Below are positions 18,822 to 29,097 of a DNA stretch of 64,000 nucleotides, piece by piece. Positions within the stretch are counted from its first letter, which is position 1. Every line of letters starts with the position of its first letter. This DNA comes from Bdellovibrionales bacterium (lineage in GTDB: Bacteria; Bdellovibrionota; Bdellovibrionia; Bdellovibrionales; UBA1609). Location: positions 1,184,001 to 1,248,000 of the forward strand of contig OZ241456.1 in NCBI GenBank assembly GCA_965200875.1, given 5' to 3'. The notes under the pieces are model-generated. The model did not search any database and was not told where the DNA came from. It saw only the letters and a list, made by a program, of their open reading frames with translations. The translations under genes and the position numbers were made by a program.

Positions 18822-20267
18822 CTACAAAGGCAAAAGCTCCACTATTGACACTTTATGAGAAGAAAGATAATGATTCGCCGCCGCCTTTATCGTGTTGAGT
18901 GTTACCTTTTTATACCGATCCAAATCTTTAAACAATTCTCTGTAATCATTAAAATAAGCTTCATTTAAAGACAAAGAGTTGGCTTTCCCAGAAAGGGTTT
19001 TCACGCTTGATACATAATCATTCATTATGGAGCGGACACTTTTTAAAAGTTCTTTTTTGCTAACTTCCAAGGAAATCACCTTGTTTATTTCAGATAAAAA
19101 TAATTGTTTTGCTTTTTTCAAACTTCCTCCTGGAACCAATCTTATAAAAATGAGGAAGATACCATCTTCTTTTAAAGTATAGTAAAATCCTCCCACAGAC
19201 AAAGCCAGTTTTTGCTTATATACTAGTGACTGATGCAACCGGCTGGACTCACCGTTGCTTAAAATGCGATTTAACACTTCCAAAGAATATGCCTCATGTT
19301 CTCCAGCTTTTGGTCCTCTATATGCAAAAGCCAAGGTGGGAGCTTGTACGGCTCTTTTTAAAGTGACTTTTCTTTGTTTTGTCTGTAAAGCTTCCTCCGG
19401 GAAAGATTTTTTTTTCAGCTGAGAAGGCTTTAAGGAACCATAATATTTTTGAATCCACTTTCTGGCTTTTTCTATTTCAAAATCCCCGGCCAGAACCAAT
19501 ATGGAATTATTGGGTGCATAATGAGAATGATAGAACTCTTTACAGTCCTCCAGACTCATTTTCTCCAAATCCTGCATCCAACCTATAATCGGCCTTCCAT
19601 AAGAATGCGTTTTAAAAATCAAATTCATCATAGGTTCAAAAATTTCATTGGGGTTGTTATCTGTCTGTTCTCTTCTTTCCTCTTTAACCACTTCCACTTC
19701 TTTGTCCAAGTTGCTTTGTGTAAGTCGCAAGCTCTTAAGACGCTCTGTTTCCATTTCCAAAACCATTTCCAGCTTGTGGCTGGGAAGAGTTATTTCATAA
19801 GCCGTATAATCTCTGGAGGTAAAAGCGTTATTCGTGGCCCCTATGGAAGCCAGTCTTTCTTCATATTCCTCGCCCGTGTATTTGTTCGTTCCCCTGAACA
19901 TCATGTGCTCAAATAAATGTGCCAACCCTGTTTTGCCCTCTTCCTCATCTTTAGAACCTGTTTTTACCAATAACTGATGATAAACCTGAGGAATATTTTG
20001 ATCCTGATGCAGTAAAACAGTCATGCCGTTTTCCAAAGAATATTTTTCCACTTTAAAATCAATAAGAGAACCTGTGTTTTTCATACCAAATTGTTCCTTA
20101 ACGGGATATGTTTCTTGTTTTTTAGCCATAGATTTTATACCTATATTTTTCACTGTTGCACTTGAGTTTTTCACTGTTGCACTTGAGGCAAACAGAAATA
20201 TTACCAGTATAATAAAAAAATACCGAAATAAAAATAATAACCACATATTTGAAATCCTTTTTCTCAA
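18822..20267 (-). CDS. M16 family zinc peptidase
   Basis: GLAHLFEHMMFRGT (HXXEH), NAFTS.DYTAY. Confidence 0.93.
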   Translation of the reverse strand: MRKRISNMWLLFLFRYFFIILVIFLFASSATVKNSSATVKNIGIKSMAKKQETYPVKEQFGMKNTGSLIDFKVEKYSLENGMTVLLHQDQNIPQVYHQLLVKTGSKDEEEGKTGLAHLFEHMMFRGTNKYTGEEYEERLASIGATNNAFTSRDYTAYEITLPSHKLEMVLEMETERLKSLRLTQSNLDKEVEVVKEERREQTDNNPNEIFEPMMNLIFKTHSYGRPIIGWMQDLEKMSLEDCKEFYHSHYAPNNSILVLAGDFEIEKARKWIQKYYGSLKPSQLKKKSFPEEALQTKQRKVTLKRAVQAPTLAFAYRGPKAGEHEAYSLEVLNRILSNGESSRLHQSLVYKQKLALSVGGFYYTLKEDGIFLIFIRLVPGGSLKKAKQLFLSEINKVISLEVSKKELLKSVRSIMNDYVSSVKTLSGKANSLSLNEAYFNDYRELFKDLDRYKKVTLNTIKAAANHYLSSHKVSIVELLPL

Positions 20268-20436
20268 ATATTCGTAATAGTATATTATAAAAAGAACTGG
20301 AAGGAAACGAAAATTTCTCTATTGACAAAAACACAAATTGAGTGACTCTGCCCGGACAAATGTGAAAACAAACCCATTCATTTTATAAAATGACGCTTCA
20401 CTTCCTCGCTAATGAACATTCCCTGTCAGGATATAT

Positions 20437-20988
20437 TTACTCACGAGGCAAATTATATTCTTTATATTCTCCGATATTGTTCATCAGATCCACAAAATCC
20501 TCTGAACAAGGAGATACAGGATATATATGAGGAGCAAGATATCCTCCTATACCACTAATATTATAATGTGCAGGATTTTTAAGCAAAACATCCAAAGATC
20601 TTACGGAAGAACACTCACGAGATTGACATACATTGACAGCAAGAGGGAATGCCTCCGCCGGCACTTTCACACATTCTCCATCCACTTTTGCCTCTTCCAT
20701 AATCACATATTCCAATTCCACAGATGTATACTTGGTAGGAGGAATAATGTATGTTCCTTCGGTATCCACACTTGTCAAAAGTATATATACTGGATTTACC
20801 CCTCGATGATCCTGAAAATCGTTTGTTATAGTGTAAAACTGCTCCATATCAGGTTTGATTACAGACTCTACAGATGTCTTATTCTCTTCTTCATCTGTGG
20901 ATGCTAATTCATTAACAGCTGTATCCTCACAGGAAAGCAGGAGAAAAAAAACACAAAATAAAAATAAAACTTTGTTCTTCATAATCAC
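20437..20988 (-). CDS. hypothetical lipoprotein
   Basis: Lipobox LLSC after a hydrophobic stretch. Confidence 0.7.
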   Translation of the reverse strand: MIMKNKVLFLFCVFFLLLSCEDTAVNELASTDEEENKTSVESVIKPDMEQFYTITNDFQDHRGVNPVYILLTSVDTEGTYIIPPTKYTSVELEYVIMEEAKVDGECVKVPAEAFPLAVNVCQSRECSSVRSLDVLLKNPAHYNISGIGGYLAPHIYPVSPCSEDFVDLMNNIGEYKEYNLPRE

Positions 20989-21137
20989 ACCTCTTTTTTT
21001 TGTTAAAGCCTTTTTAACCTATCATAATATCTGGTAACTATTAATACTTTCGTATACCTAATTTCCCTTATTTCCTTTGATTTCGCAAAAAATTCATTAA
21101 AAACAGGACTAAAGCCGGTTTTTTATTTTTGCGGAAA

Positions 21138-22439
21138 TCAAGAAAATAGCTGGCTACGCCAGATGGTGGCGGATCGGGAAGAACCAACAGACACCACACT
21201 CACAGGCACACCTAATTCCTCTTGAATGAAAGTAATATAATTTTGAGCCTCTAGAGGTAGTTCTTCAAAATTCTTCGCCAAGGAAATATTTTTTTTCCAG
21301 CCGGGAAGAATCTTATAAACCGGTTTACACAGATTTAATTTTGAAGAACATATAGGATAATCAAAAGTAGTTTTTCCATTGAGTTTATAAGCCACACAAA
21401 CAGGAAGATCTTTTAAACCAGAGAGCACATCCAATTTCATTAAAGCTATATGAGTAATTCCATTGACACGCACAGCGTATTTCAAAGCCGGCAGATCCAA
21501 CCAACCACATCTTCTCATGCGTCCGGTGGTGGCACCCCATTCTTCACCAGCTTTTTGTAAAAGCTCCCCTTCTTCACCAGAACATTCTGTGGGAAAAGGT
21601 CCCTCTCCCACTCTGGTCGTGTAAGCTTTAGTAATGGCAATCACTTTTTGTATGAAACCCGGACCGATTCCCACTCCTGCCAAAGCGGAACCAGCTACAG
21701 TGTTGGAACTGGTCACATAAGGATAAGTACCATGCAACAGATCTAAAAGGCTTCCTTGCGCACCCTCAAACAACACTTTTTTATCTTCTTTTAAAGCTTT
21801 GTAAATCAAAGCGGAAGTATCAGGATGGCGATAGTGTTTCAGCTTTTCCCTTAAAGTAAGAATTTGCTCTAAAATATCTTTTGAAGAAACAGATTTCTCT
21901 TTATAAAAATTTTCAATCAGGAATTTTTTTTCGCTAATAGCTTTTTCCAATTTACTTTTTAATGTTTCTTTTTGTAGAAACAAATCCCTGAACAGCAAAG
22001 CTTTGCGGGAAGCTCTATCTTCATAAGCCGGGCCGATACCTTTTCCAGTAGTGCCTATTTTTAGACCATTCGCAACTTTTTCCCGTGCCTGATCCAAAAT
22101 TTTGTGATAACTGAGCAGGACTGTGGCAGAGTCGGAAATAAGCAGTTTTGATGGAGTACTCAGATAATCACCAAATTGTTTTATAGCCTGTATTTCTGAA
22201 ATAAGAGTTTCAATGTCCAAGACCACACCGGAACTGATAACACAGGTGGTGTTTGAGTGAAAAATTCCTGAAGGAATAAGGTGTAAAACTTTTTTCTGAC
22301 CTTTAATATTCAAAGTATGGCCAGCATTGGAACCACCTTGATAGCGGACAACATAATCTGCCGTGGAGGATAATACATCCACCGCTTTTCCTTTTCCTTC
22401 GTCACCCCATTGGCAACCTATTACAATAATACCTGACAC
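21138..22439 (-). CDS. purA: adenylosuccinate synthetase
   Basis: [41 protein letters not shown]. Confidence 0.99.
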   Translation of the reverse strand: MSGIIVIGCQWGDEGKGKAVDVLSSTADYVVRYQGGSNAGHTLNIKGQKKVLHLIPSGIFHSNTTCVISSGVVLDIETLISEIQAIKQFGDYLSTPSKLLISDSATVLLSYHKILDQAREKVANGLKIGTTGKGIGPAYEDRASRKALLFRDLFLQKETLKSKLEKAISEKKFLIENFYKEKSVSSKDILEQILTLREKLKHYRHPDTSALIYKALKEDKKVLFEGAQGSLLDLLHGTYPYVTSSNTVAGSALAGVGIGPGFIQKVIAITKAYTTRVGEGPFPTECSGEEGELLQKAGEEWGATTGRMRRCGWLDLPALKYAVRVNGITHIALMKLDVLSGLKDLPVCVAYKLNGKTTFDYPICSSKLNLCKPVYKILPGWKKNISLAKNFEELPLEAQNYITFIQEELGVPVSVVSVGSSRSATIWRSQLFS

Positions 22440-22537
22440 AAAAAGAAATTAAGACATGAGGGTAACCTTTTGGCAAGTGCTATTATGGAAGCATTTGAAT
22501 TACCTAGACTTCAGAGACAAGTTGGTCATCTACATGA

Positions 22538-22650
22538 GTCATCGGTGAAAAAGGGTGTTTTATATCAAAGTCATTCCCGTAAAAACGGGAATCTTGCTGG
22601 GTTTTAAAGAGATTTGCCATACTTTTTTCCTTAAGAAAATATACTTTTTC
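22538..22650. repeat. degenerate MITE copy containing an ATTCCC-N8-GGGAAT palindrome
   Basis: GTCATCGGTGAAAAA left end; GTCATTCCCGTAAAAACGGGAATC at 22570; right end eroded. Confidence 0.55.
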
Positions 22651-22685
22651 TTCAAATACGCGCTTATAGACAAAAGACTGACTTT

Positions 22686-23018
22686 TTATTTCTTATAAAC
22701 AACAATGGCAAGAACAATGGCGAGAGTAGCAACCACAGAACCAAGGATTATACCGGCATTAGCAATTATATTGCTGTCTTGAATTTCCTGAGCTTTAGGT
22801 TGAACTTTCTCAATCACTTTTTTTTCTTCATCTGTTTCTGGCAACCGACAACGAGGCTGATATACTGTAGTGTGGTTGGAAGATTGTCCTATATTTATAC
22901 TAGAACCTACATACACCTCTCCATTTAGAGCACACCTTTGCTGACTCGTTAAAGGAGTGACACAACCACTCAGAAAGGTCAAACTCACAATCAGTAAAAT
23001 TGAAATAAAATTCCTCAT
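22686..23018 (-). CDS. hypothetical lipoprotein with C-terminal TM helix
   Basis: Lipobox LSGC; hydrophobic C-terminus. Confidence 0.7.
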   Translation of the reverse strand: MRNFISILLIVSLTFLSGCVTPLTSQQRCALNGEVYVGSSINIGQSSNHTTVYQPRCRLPETDEEKKVIEKVQPKAQEIQDSNIIANAGIILGSVVATLAIVLAIVVYKK

Positions 23019-23149
23019 AATATTTTTTATACTAAAATGCCTTATTATCTGTCAATAATTAATTTAATGTGGTTAACTGGCAGAATAGGAGAAAACAAGG
23101 CCCATTCAACAACCCATTCAACACTGGCTTTCTGATAACTTGATTATGA

Positions 23150-23977
23150 ATGGCAAAAACCCGGCAACACATATTATATCAAAAATCCGGGAGTACAAAA
23201 TATAATATGCAAAAAGCATTAATCATTCTCACTTATATAAGAGCTATCTTCCATTGGTTTTGGCTGGTGTTTTTTACTGTGTTATCCATATTGATTATTC
23301 TTTCTTTTGAAATAACAGGCTGTAAAAAAAAAAGCCACAAAGCAACACAATTTTGGGCTTTTGGCATCTTATGGTTTTGCGGAATTAAAGTCAAAAGCAA
23401 AAACAGATACACCCCGGAAAAACCTTTTCTGATATTATTTAATCACCGCAGTTATGTGGATATTCTGGTTTTGTTTCAATCTATCCCTGACCGATTTCAT
23501 TTTGGATCAAAAACAACTATTTTTTCCATTCCTGTTTTAGGTTTCGCCATGAGAAAAATGGGACACATATCCATTGAAAGAGAAAACCCTAGGTCAGCTG
23601 TAAAAGTATATAAATCCTTAAAAGAAAGAATTAAAAAAGGAGACTGTTTCGCTTTATCACCTGAAGGTGGAAGACATACCGGATCTGGGCTGGCTCGGTT
23701 TAAAAAAGGGCCTTTCTCTCTTGCTATTAACAACCAGATGAAAATTCTGCCAACTCTTATTCATAAAGCAGAAGAATGTATGCCAAAAGGCTCATGGTTC
23801 TTTAATGTTGGAGCGTGGAGAAGAACAGTCACTGTGGAATACCTGCCAACAGTGAATACAACAGGAATGAATAAAACCGACTTACAAAAACTGCAAGCAC
23901 TGATTTATAGCACTATGTCAAAAAGAATCTCCAAAACTTCAGACAACCAACACACTGACTCAAACCCAAACCTATAA
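23150..23977 (+). CDS. plsC: 1-acyl-sn-glycerol-3-phosphate acyltransferase
   Basis: NHRSYVD (HX4D), SPEGGR, FKKGPF; start may be 23206. Confidence 0.9.
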   Translation: MAKTRQHILYQKSGSTKYNMQKALIILTYIRAIFHWFWLVFFTVLSILIILSFEITGCKKKSHKATQFWAFGILWFCGIKVKSKNRYTPEKPFLILFNHRSYVDILVLFQSIPDRFHFGSKTTIFSIPVLGFAMRKMGHISIERENPRSAVKVYKSLKERIKKGDCFALSPEGGRHTGSGLARFKKGPFSLAINNQMKILPTLIHKAEECMPKGSWFFNVGAWRRTVTVEYLPTVNTTGMNKTDLQKLQALIYSTMSKRISKTSDNQHTDSNPNL

Positions 23978-23982
23978 AAAAA

Positions 23983-25050
23983 TTACTGCGCACTCAACCG
24001 GACTATAGTATCAGCCACAACGGAATAGTCCTCCAGACATATATTGAAATTACCTCCTCCAATTTTTTTAGCCACTTCAGAAATCTTCTCACCGGGAGTG
24101 GATTGTTCCCAAAGCCAGCTCTGTATCTTTATATTTTCTTCTACACAGTGTTCATCACCGGGCAAAACAATAATATTCAATATATAAAGTTTTTTCCCGG
24201 AACCATAAACTTTTTTAAACTCCTGAAAAATAGTACCTGCTGTCACATTAGGTTCATCCTCTTCCGGTTCTTCATCTTCATTGGTAATGATAATGGCTAC
24301 AAAATCCGCTTCTTTTCTGACAAATTGTTTATTGGCGGAAAACGACATCTGGAGGGCACGCAAAGGCTGTTCTCCTTCATCACAATAAGGGGCATAATAA
24401 CACCTATAACCGGTACCTACGCTTCCTCGATGCTTGGGTTCTCTGGTAAGAGTATATTGAAAAGTATTGGAGTAATCAGGCATTCTGGGTTCCAAATATT
24501 TTGCTTTCATTCTACCATCCTTGTTTTCCAACTCCATAGCCTTACCATTCAAAGCTGTAGTACCAATCCAATCAAACCACCCATCACCTGATGAATAACC
24601 AGCGTTCGTAAACATAATACGCCAATTCAACCTATTAATAATAGTAAGAAAAGTTCTGAATCTATCAGAAAAAAGCTTATTTAAGTAAGGCTCCATTCCT
24701 TCAGAAGTATCCAAAACAAACAAAATATCCATAGGTTTTTTTGGTTCTGGCAATGATGAAGCCTCAGAGTCGGAAGGTTCTCCATCTGCTGTAAGGCCAG
24801 ATTCTCCCTCATCTGCTCTTGATTCATCATTTTTTTCAGGACATTCGGTTAGGTAAAGAGTGTAATCCAATCCTTCACAAACACTCTTCTCTCCTCCATA
24901 CTCTTCTTCATCCTTTTCTTCATCTCTATCTTTCCTATCACGCTCTCTTCTGTCTCTCCTGTTTGAATCGCCATCTCCATTTTCAACATCCAGATCAGAA
25001 CAACTAAAAAACAAAAAAAGACAAAAAAATAAAAGAATAATTGTTTTCAT
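23983..25050 (-). CDS. lipoprotein with vWA-like domain
   Basis: MKTIILLFFCLFLFFSC lipobox; DILFVLDTSEGM and AIIITNED resemble vWA/MIDAS elements. Confidence 0.7.
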   Translation of the reverse strand: MKTIILLFFCLFLFFSCSDLDVENGDGDSNRRDRRERDRKDRDEEKDEEEYGGEKSVCEGLDYTLYLTECPEKNDESRADEGESGLTADGEPSDSEASSLPEPKKPMDILFVLDTSEGMEPYLNKLFSDRFRTFLTIINRLNWRIMFTNAGYSSGDGWFDWIGTTALNGKAMELENKDGRMKAKYLEPRMPDYSNTFQYTLTREPKHRGSVGTGYRCYYAPYCDEGEQPLRALQMSFSANKQFVRKEADFVAIIITNEDEEPEEDEPNVTAGTIFQEFKKVYGSGKKLYILNIIVLPGDEHCVEENIKIQSWLWEQSTPGEKISEVAKKIGGGNFNICLEDYSVVADTIVRLSAQ

Positions 25051-25110
25051 TTCTGATTTTCCAAACTGTTTTCTTTGTTGCAAAAATCTTTTTCACAGAC
25101 CACTAATATA

Positions 25111-25232
25111 GTCCGCCGTGAAAAAACCATAGTGCTTCAACTATCACACTCTTTTTTCATGTACTTTCCCAAGGAGTGTCATTCCCGTGAAAACGGGAAT
25201 CCAGGAAAATAACATACTTTTTCATGAACCAC
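25111..25232. mobile_element. MITE-like repeat copy
   Basis: Ends GTCCGCCGTGAAAAA / TTTTTCATGAACCAC; TAATATA on both flanks; internal ATTCCCGTGAAAACGGGAAT; lone right end at 25089-25103. Confidence 0.8.
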
Positions 25233-25573
25233 TAATATAGAATCGGAAGACTTAAAGCTTTTTATTAAAATATAAAAAAATCAGGATATGTACTAAGTCC
25301 TGCTTATAAGACATTTGTCTAAAAAACCAAAGAAAGCCAGGAAAATTAAATCTTTTTGGATTATAGAGTCTGAAAGAAAAAACCTGGTTTTTTCACTTGC
25401 CATTGGTACTGGTTTGCCATTAACTTGTTAGTAATTCAAGGGGCTGAAAAAACTTTCCGGTTATAATTGTGCTGACTTTGAAAAATGTCCTTTTAGAGAA
25501 CATCTTTTTTTAAGGTTTAGGATTTCAGCTGATTTTTTAATAAAATTTCGTAAATATAGAACAAGAAAAAATT

Positions 25574-27355
25574 ATGCCATTTTTAGACTTCAAAGGTAAA
25601 TCAGTTGTTTATTCTCATCATTTGAAGGTTCCTTTTCGCTCCCTAAAAGTGGATGCAAAAAAATCTCTGCCTTGCTCAGTGGCTAGCAGACAGAGCAAAT
25701 CTATCCGACAGAGCAAATCAGGCAGAAAGCAAAACAACACCAAGCCCAACTTAGATGACAACTTGATCATTCAGGGTGATAACCTTCATGCCTTAAAAGC
25801 CCTTTTGCCCAGGTACTCTGGCAAGATCAAATGTATTTATATTGACCCGCCTTACAATACTGGAAACGAAGACTGGAAATACAACGACAAGGTGAACAGC
25901 CCTATGATGAGAGAATGGCTAAAGCAAACCGGCATCGGAACAGACGATGAAGAAAGGCATGACAAATGGCTCTGCATGATGTGGCCAAGACTACAGTTAT
26001 TAAAGGAACTACTGAGTGATGACGGAGTGATCTTTGTTTCTATTGATGATAATGAACAGCATCATTTGCGGATGATAATGAATGAAATTTTTGGCGAAGA
26101 AAACTTTATCACTAATATTTCGAGAATTACTAAATTAGGGGGAAATAAAGGAGATTTATATAAACCAAAAAAAGATTATATTTTAGTTTATTCTAAAGAT
26201 GTAAAGAAAATCAATAAAGGGGCTTATGGAAAGCCTGTTGATTCATTCCATTATAAATGGCAAACAGAGATATTTAATGGCAAAAAAAGAAAATTCTGCA
26301 AAGGAGATATACCCTATAGAGATAAATTAGATGTTCGTCCAAACCAGAGATATTATATTCAAGCTCCAGATGGAAGTTTAATAATCCCTAAAGGAAATGT
26401 TTTTCCATCTAAAAAATCTGATGCTGAACAAATAAAACCACAAAGTAAGGAAGACAAATGTTGGACATGGACTAAAACAACTTATTTGTCAGAAAAAAAG
26501 AAAGGCAGATTGCTTTTTGTTAAAAGTAATAAATCTCCTTTTCTCGATGAAAACCAAAAACAATCTAATTGGACTGTTTATAAAAAAATTTTTGATGAGG
26601 ATCTGAAAAATAAAAGAGAAATTTTATCAGATTTTATTTCCCATTTTGGAAACTCATTAGGTACTGCTGAATTGCAAGAACTTGAAATAAAATTTACTTA
26701 TCCAAAACCTTCAAAACTGATAAAAAATCTTATAGAAAAAACTCATTCAGACAAAAGTGCTATTATATTGGATTCTTTTGCAGGGTCTGGCACAACGGCC
26801 CATGCAGTGCTGGCCCTCAATAAGGAGGATGGGGGTAAGCGTAAATTTATTCTGGTTGAGTGTGAGGATTACGCAAGCGACATTACAGCAGAGCGGGTCC
26901 GCCGGGTGATTAAAGGTGTCCCTAAAGCTAAAGATGAAAACTTAAAAAAAGGCTTAGGGGGATCATTTACTTATTGTTCTTTAGGAGCTGAGATAAGTGC
27001 TCAAAATATGTTAAAGGGGAAACTTCCTGATTACAGGCAACTTGCGGAATATGTATTTTACACTGCCACTGGGAAAAACCTTGAAAATCTGCAAAAGAAA
27101 AACCCAACATGGTTTATAGGAGAAACAAAGCTTTACAGACTCCACCTTGTCTATAAGCCTGATGTTTCGTTTTTAAGAAGCAAAAAAGCAGATTTAAATT
27201 TAGAGTTGGCAGAGAAGATAAAAAAGCAAAATCTCCCAAACAAGAGGACTTTGGTTTTTGCCTCGGCAAAGTACATTGATCAAAAAGAGCTAAAGCAGAA
27301 CTATGGAATTGAGTTTTGTCATCTTCCTTATGATATTTACAAACTCATGTCTTAA
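25574..27355 (+). CDS. mod: type III R-M system Mod subunit (adenine DNA methyltransferase)
   Basis: IIQGDNL, CIYIDPPYNTG, HDKWLCMMWPRL, ILDSFAGSGTTAHAV, RKFILVE. Confidence 0.92.
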   Translation: MPFLDFKGKSVVYSHHLKVPFRSLKVDAKKSLPCSVASRQSKSIRQSKSGRKQNNTKPNLDDNLIIQGDNLHALKALLPRYSGKIKCIYIDPPYNTGNEDWKYNDKVNSPMMREWLKQTGIGTDDEERHDKWLCMMWPRLQLLKELLSDDGVIFVSIDDNEQHHLRMIMNEIFGEENFITNISRITKLGGNKGDLYKPKKDYILVYSKDVKKINKGAYGKPVDSFHYKWQTEIFNGKKRKFCKGDIPYRDKLDVRPNQRYYIQAPDGSLIIPKGNVFPSKKSDAEQIKPQSKEDKCWTWTKTTYLSEKKKGRLLFVKSNKSPFLDENQKQSNWTVYKKIFDEDLKNKREILSDFISHFGNSLGTAELQELEIKFTYPKPSKLIKNLIEKTHSDKSAIILDSFAGSGTTAHAVLALNKEDGGKRKFILVECEDYASDITAERVRRVIKGVPKAKDENLKKGLGGSFTYCSLGAEISAQNMLKGKLPDYRQLAEYVFYTATGKNLENLQKKNPTWFIGETKLYRLHLVYKPDVSFLRSKKADLNLELAEKIKKQNLPNKRTLVFASAKYIDQKELKQNYGIEFCHLPYDIYKLMS

Positions 27356-27378
27356 AAACAAACCTTCGAGTTTTGAAT

Positions 27379-28653
27379 TTATGCACGAGGTTTTAAAAAA
27401 TCCCTATTGTTCAAATAAGGTTTGAGTGCGGAAGGAATATAGATAGAACCATCTTCCCTTTGATGATTTTCCAAAAAAACAGCCAATAAGCGAGGTAAGG
27501 CAATGGCTGTATTGTTTAAAGTGTGACAAAATTGAACCTTGCCGTTTCTGTCCCGATACCTGAGATTTGTTCTTCGCGCCTGCCAAGCCAAAAGAGACGA
27601 ACAACTATGCGTCTCCACATATTTGTTAAGAGAAGGCAACCAACATTCTATATCGTGCATTCTATACTTGCCAGCTCCCATATCCCCTGTTGATACCAGA
27701 ACTACCTGATAAGCCAGCTCAAAAGCCTGTAAAACCTCCTCCGCCGTTTTAAGCAAAAAACCATGCCAGTGATTTGTCTGTTCTTCATTATTTTCACAAA
27801 TCACATACTGCTCCAACTTTATGAACTGATGCACTCGCAAAAGTCCCCGTACATCTTTTCCCGCACTACCAGCCTCCCTTCTAAAACAAGGGCTTAACCC
27901 TCCCATAAGCAAAGGAAGTTTTTCCAAAGGTAAAACCTCCCCTCTGTGTAAACTGTTCAGAATCACTTCAGAAGTGCCAGTTAAATAAATATTATCTTTT
28001 TCAATATAATAAACTTGCTCCTCCCCTTCCGGGAAATGCCCACTCCCAACAAAAGAAGTACGATCCCCAAAATTCGGAAGACTGAAAATCTCAAAACCTT
28101 TTTTGATAAGATGCTGAATACTCCACTGAATCAAAGCTTGTTCCAATAATACCGCTTCATTTTTTAGACAATAACTGCGTGAACCAGACACCTGAGCTGT
28201 CCTTTGAAAATCTGCCCAGTTATTTTGAACCAGTAAATCAAAATGATCTTTCAAGGGGAAAAGCTGAGGTTTTTTCCCTTCAGTTTTAATCACTTTATTG
28301 TCGCTTTCATCTTTTCCCACAGGAGAATCTTCAGAGGGAATATTAGGGACCCGTAACATAAGAGAACGAAAACAGGTCTGTGTTTCACTTAATTCCATCT
28401 GTAATTTATTAATCTGTTGGGAAATATCTCTTCCGGTCTTGGTGATTTTCTGCTTTTCCTCTTCTAAAGAAACATTTTTAAACTTTTGTGCGTTCTCATT
28501 TTTTTTCCTCTGCAACTCCTGAAGTTTTTGATTACCTTCCAGTAATTCCCTGTCTAACTTCAATAATCTATCCAGATCCAGATCAATGTTCTTAACCTGA
28601 ATGGCCTGCCTGACTGCTTCGGGATTTTGGCGAATATATTTTATGTCCAACAT
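27379..28653 (-). CDS. serS: serine--tRNA ligase
   Basis: MLDIKYIR, LTGTSE, CFRREAGSAGKDVRGLLRVHQF, HTLNNTAIA. Confidence 0.98.
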   Translation of the reverse strand: MLDIKYIRQNPEAVRQAIQVKNIDLDLDRLLKLDRELLEGNQKLQELQRKKNENAQKFKNVSLEEEKQKITKTGRDISQQINKLQMELSETQTCFRSLMLRVPNIPSEDSPVGKDESDNKVIKTEGKKPQLFPLKDHFDLLVQNNWADFQRTAQVSGSRSYCLKNEAVLLEQALIQWSIQHLIKKGFEIFSLPNFGDRTSFVGSGHFPEGEEQVYYIEKDNIYLTGTSEVILNSLHRGEVLPLEKLPLLMGGLSPCFRREAGSAGKDVRGLLRVHQFIKLEQYVICENNEEQTNHWHGFLLKTAEEVLQAFELAYQVVLVSTGDMGAGKYRMHDIECWLPSLNKYVETHSCSSLLAWQARRTNLRYRDRNGKVQFCHTLNNTAIALPRLLAVFLENHQREDGSIYIPSALKPYLNNRDFLKPRA

Positions 28654-28726
28654 ATTATTATATCATTAAAAAGCGTATGCTCATCGTCAAGAAATAAAAT
28701 ATTTTGTGGGAATATATTTTTGCAAA

Positions 28727-29041
28727 TTATTCATCAGAACTGAGTGTATAGGGAACATGATTGACAAAAAAATTCAACCGCGGGCAAAATTTCACTTTCA
28801 ATCTCCTAGAAACCTCTTTTTGAATAAAATATCTTTCCTGTTCCAAAGAAGTGTATATTTGATCGGAACAATCTTTCTCACTCATCACAGACAAAAATAC
28901 CTTAGCTGTTTTCATATCGCTGGCTATAGCTGTCTCTTTTATGGAAATAAAACCCGGGTAAGAGTTTTTCTTTTTTGTCATAAAATATTCCATCAGAATT
29001 TTTTGAAGATTTTTATTTATCTTTAGCAACCGGCGGTTCAT
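28727..29041 (-). CDS. rbfA: ribosome-binding factor A
   Basis: Follows infB; SDMKTAKVF, LKVKFCPRLNF. Confidence 0.85.
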   Translation of the reverse strand: MNRRLLKINKNLQKILMEYFMTKKKNSYPGFISIKETAIASDMKTAKVFLSVMSEKDCSDQIYTSLEQERYFIQKEVSRRLKVKFCPRLNFFVNHVPYTLSSDE

Positions 29042-29097
29042 AACTATAACTTTCTCTTGTTTTAGGATTTGTTTTTTTTCTGTCTTTGAATAAGATC

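Noticed and set aside
25404..25418. sigma54 promoter upstream of mod (TGGTAC...TTGCC)
   Set aside because: GG-GC spacing is 9 nt rather than the required 10
25681..25730. Phase-variable repeat tract in mod
   Set aside because: Only a two-copy, in-frame 18-bp-period duplication; it cannot switch the frame
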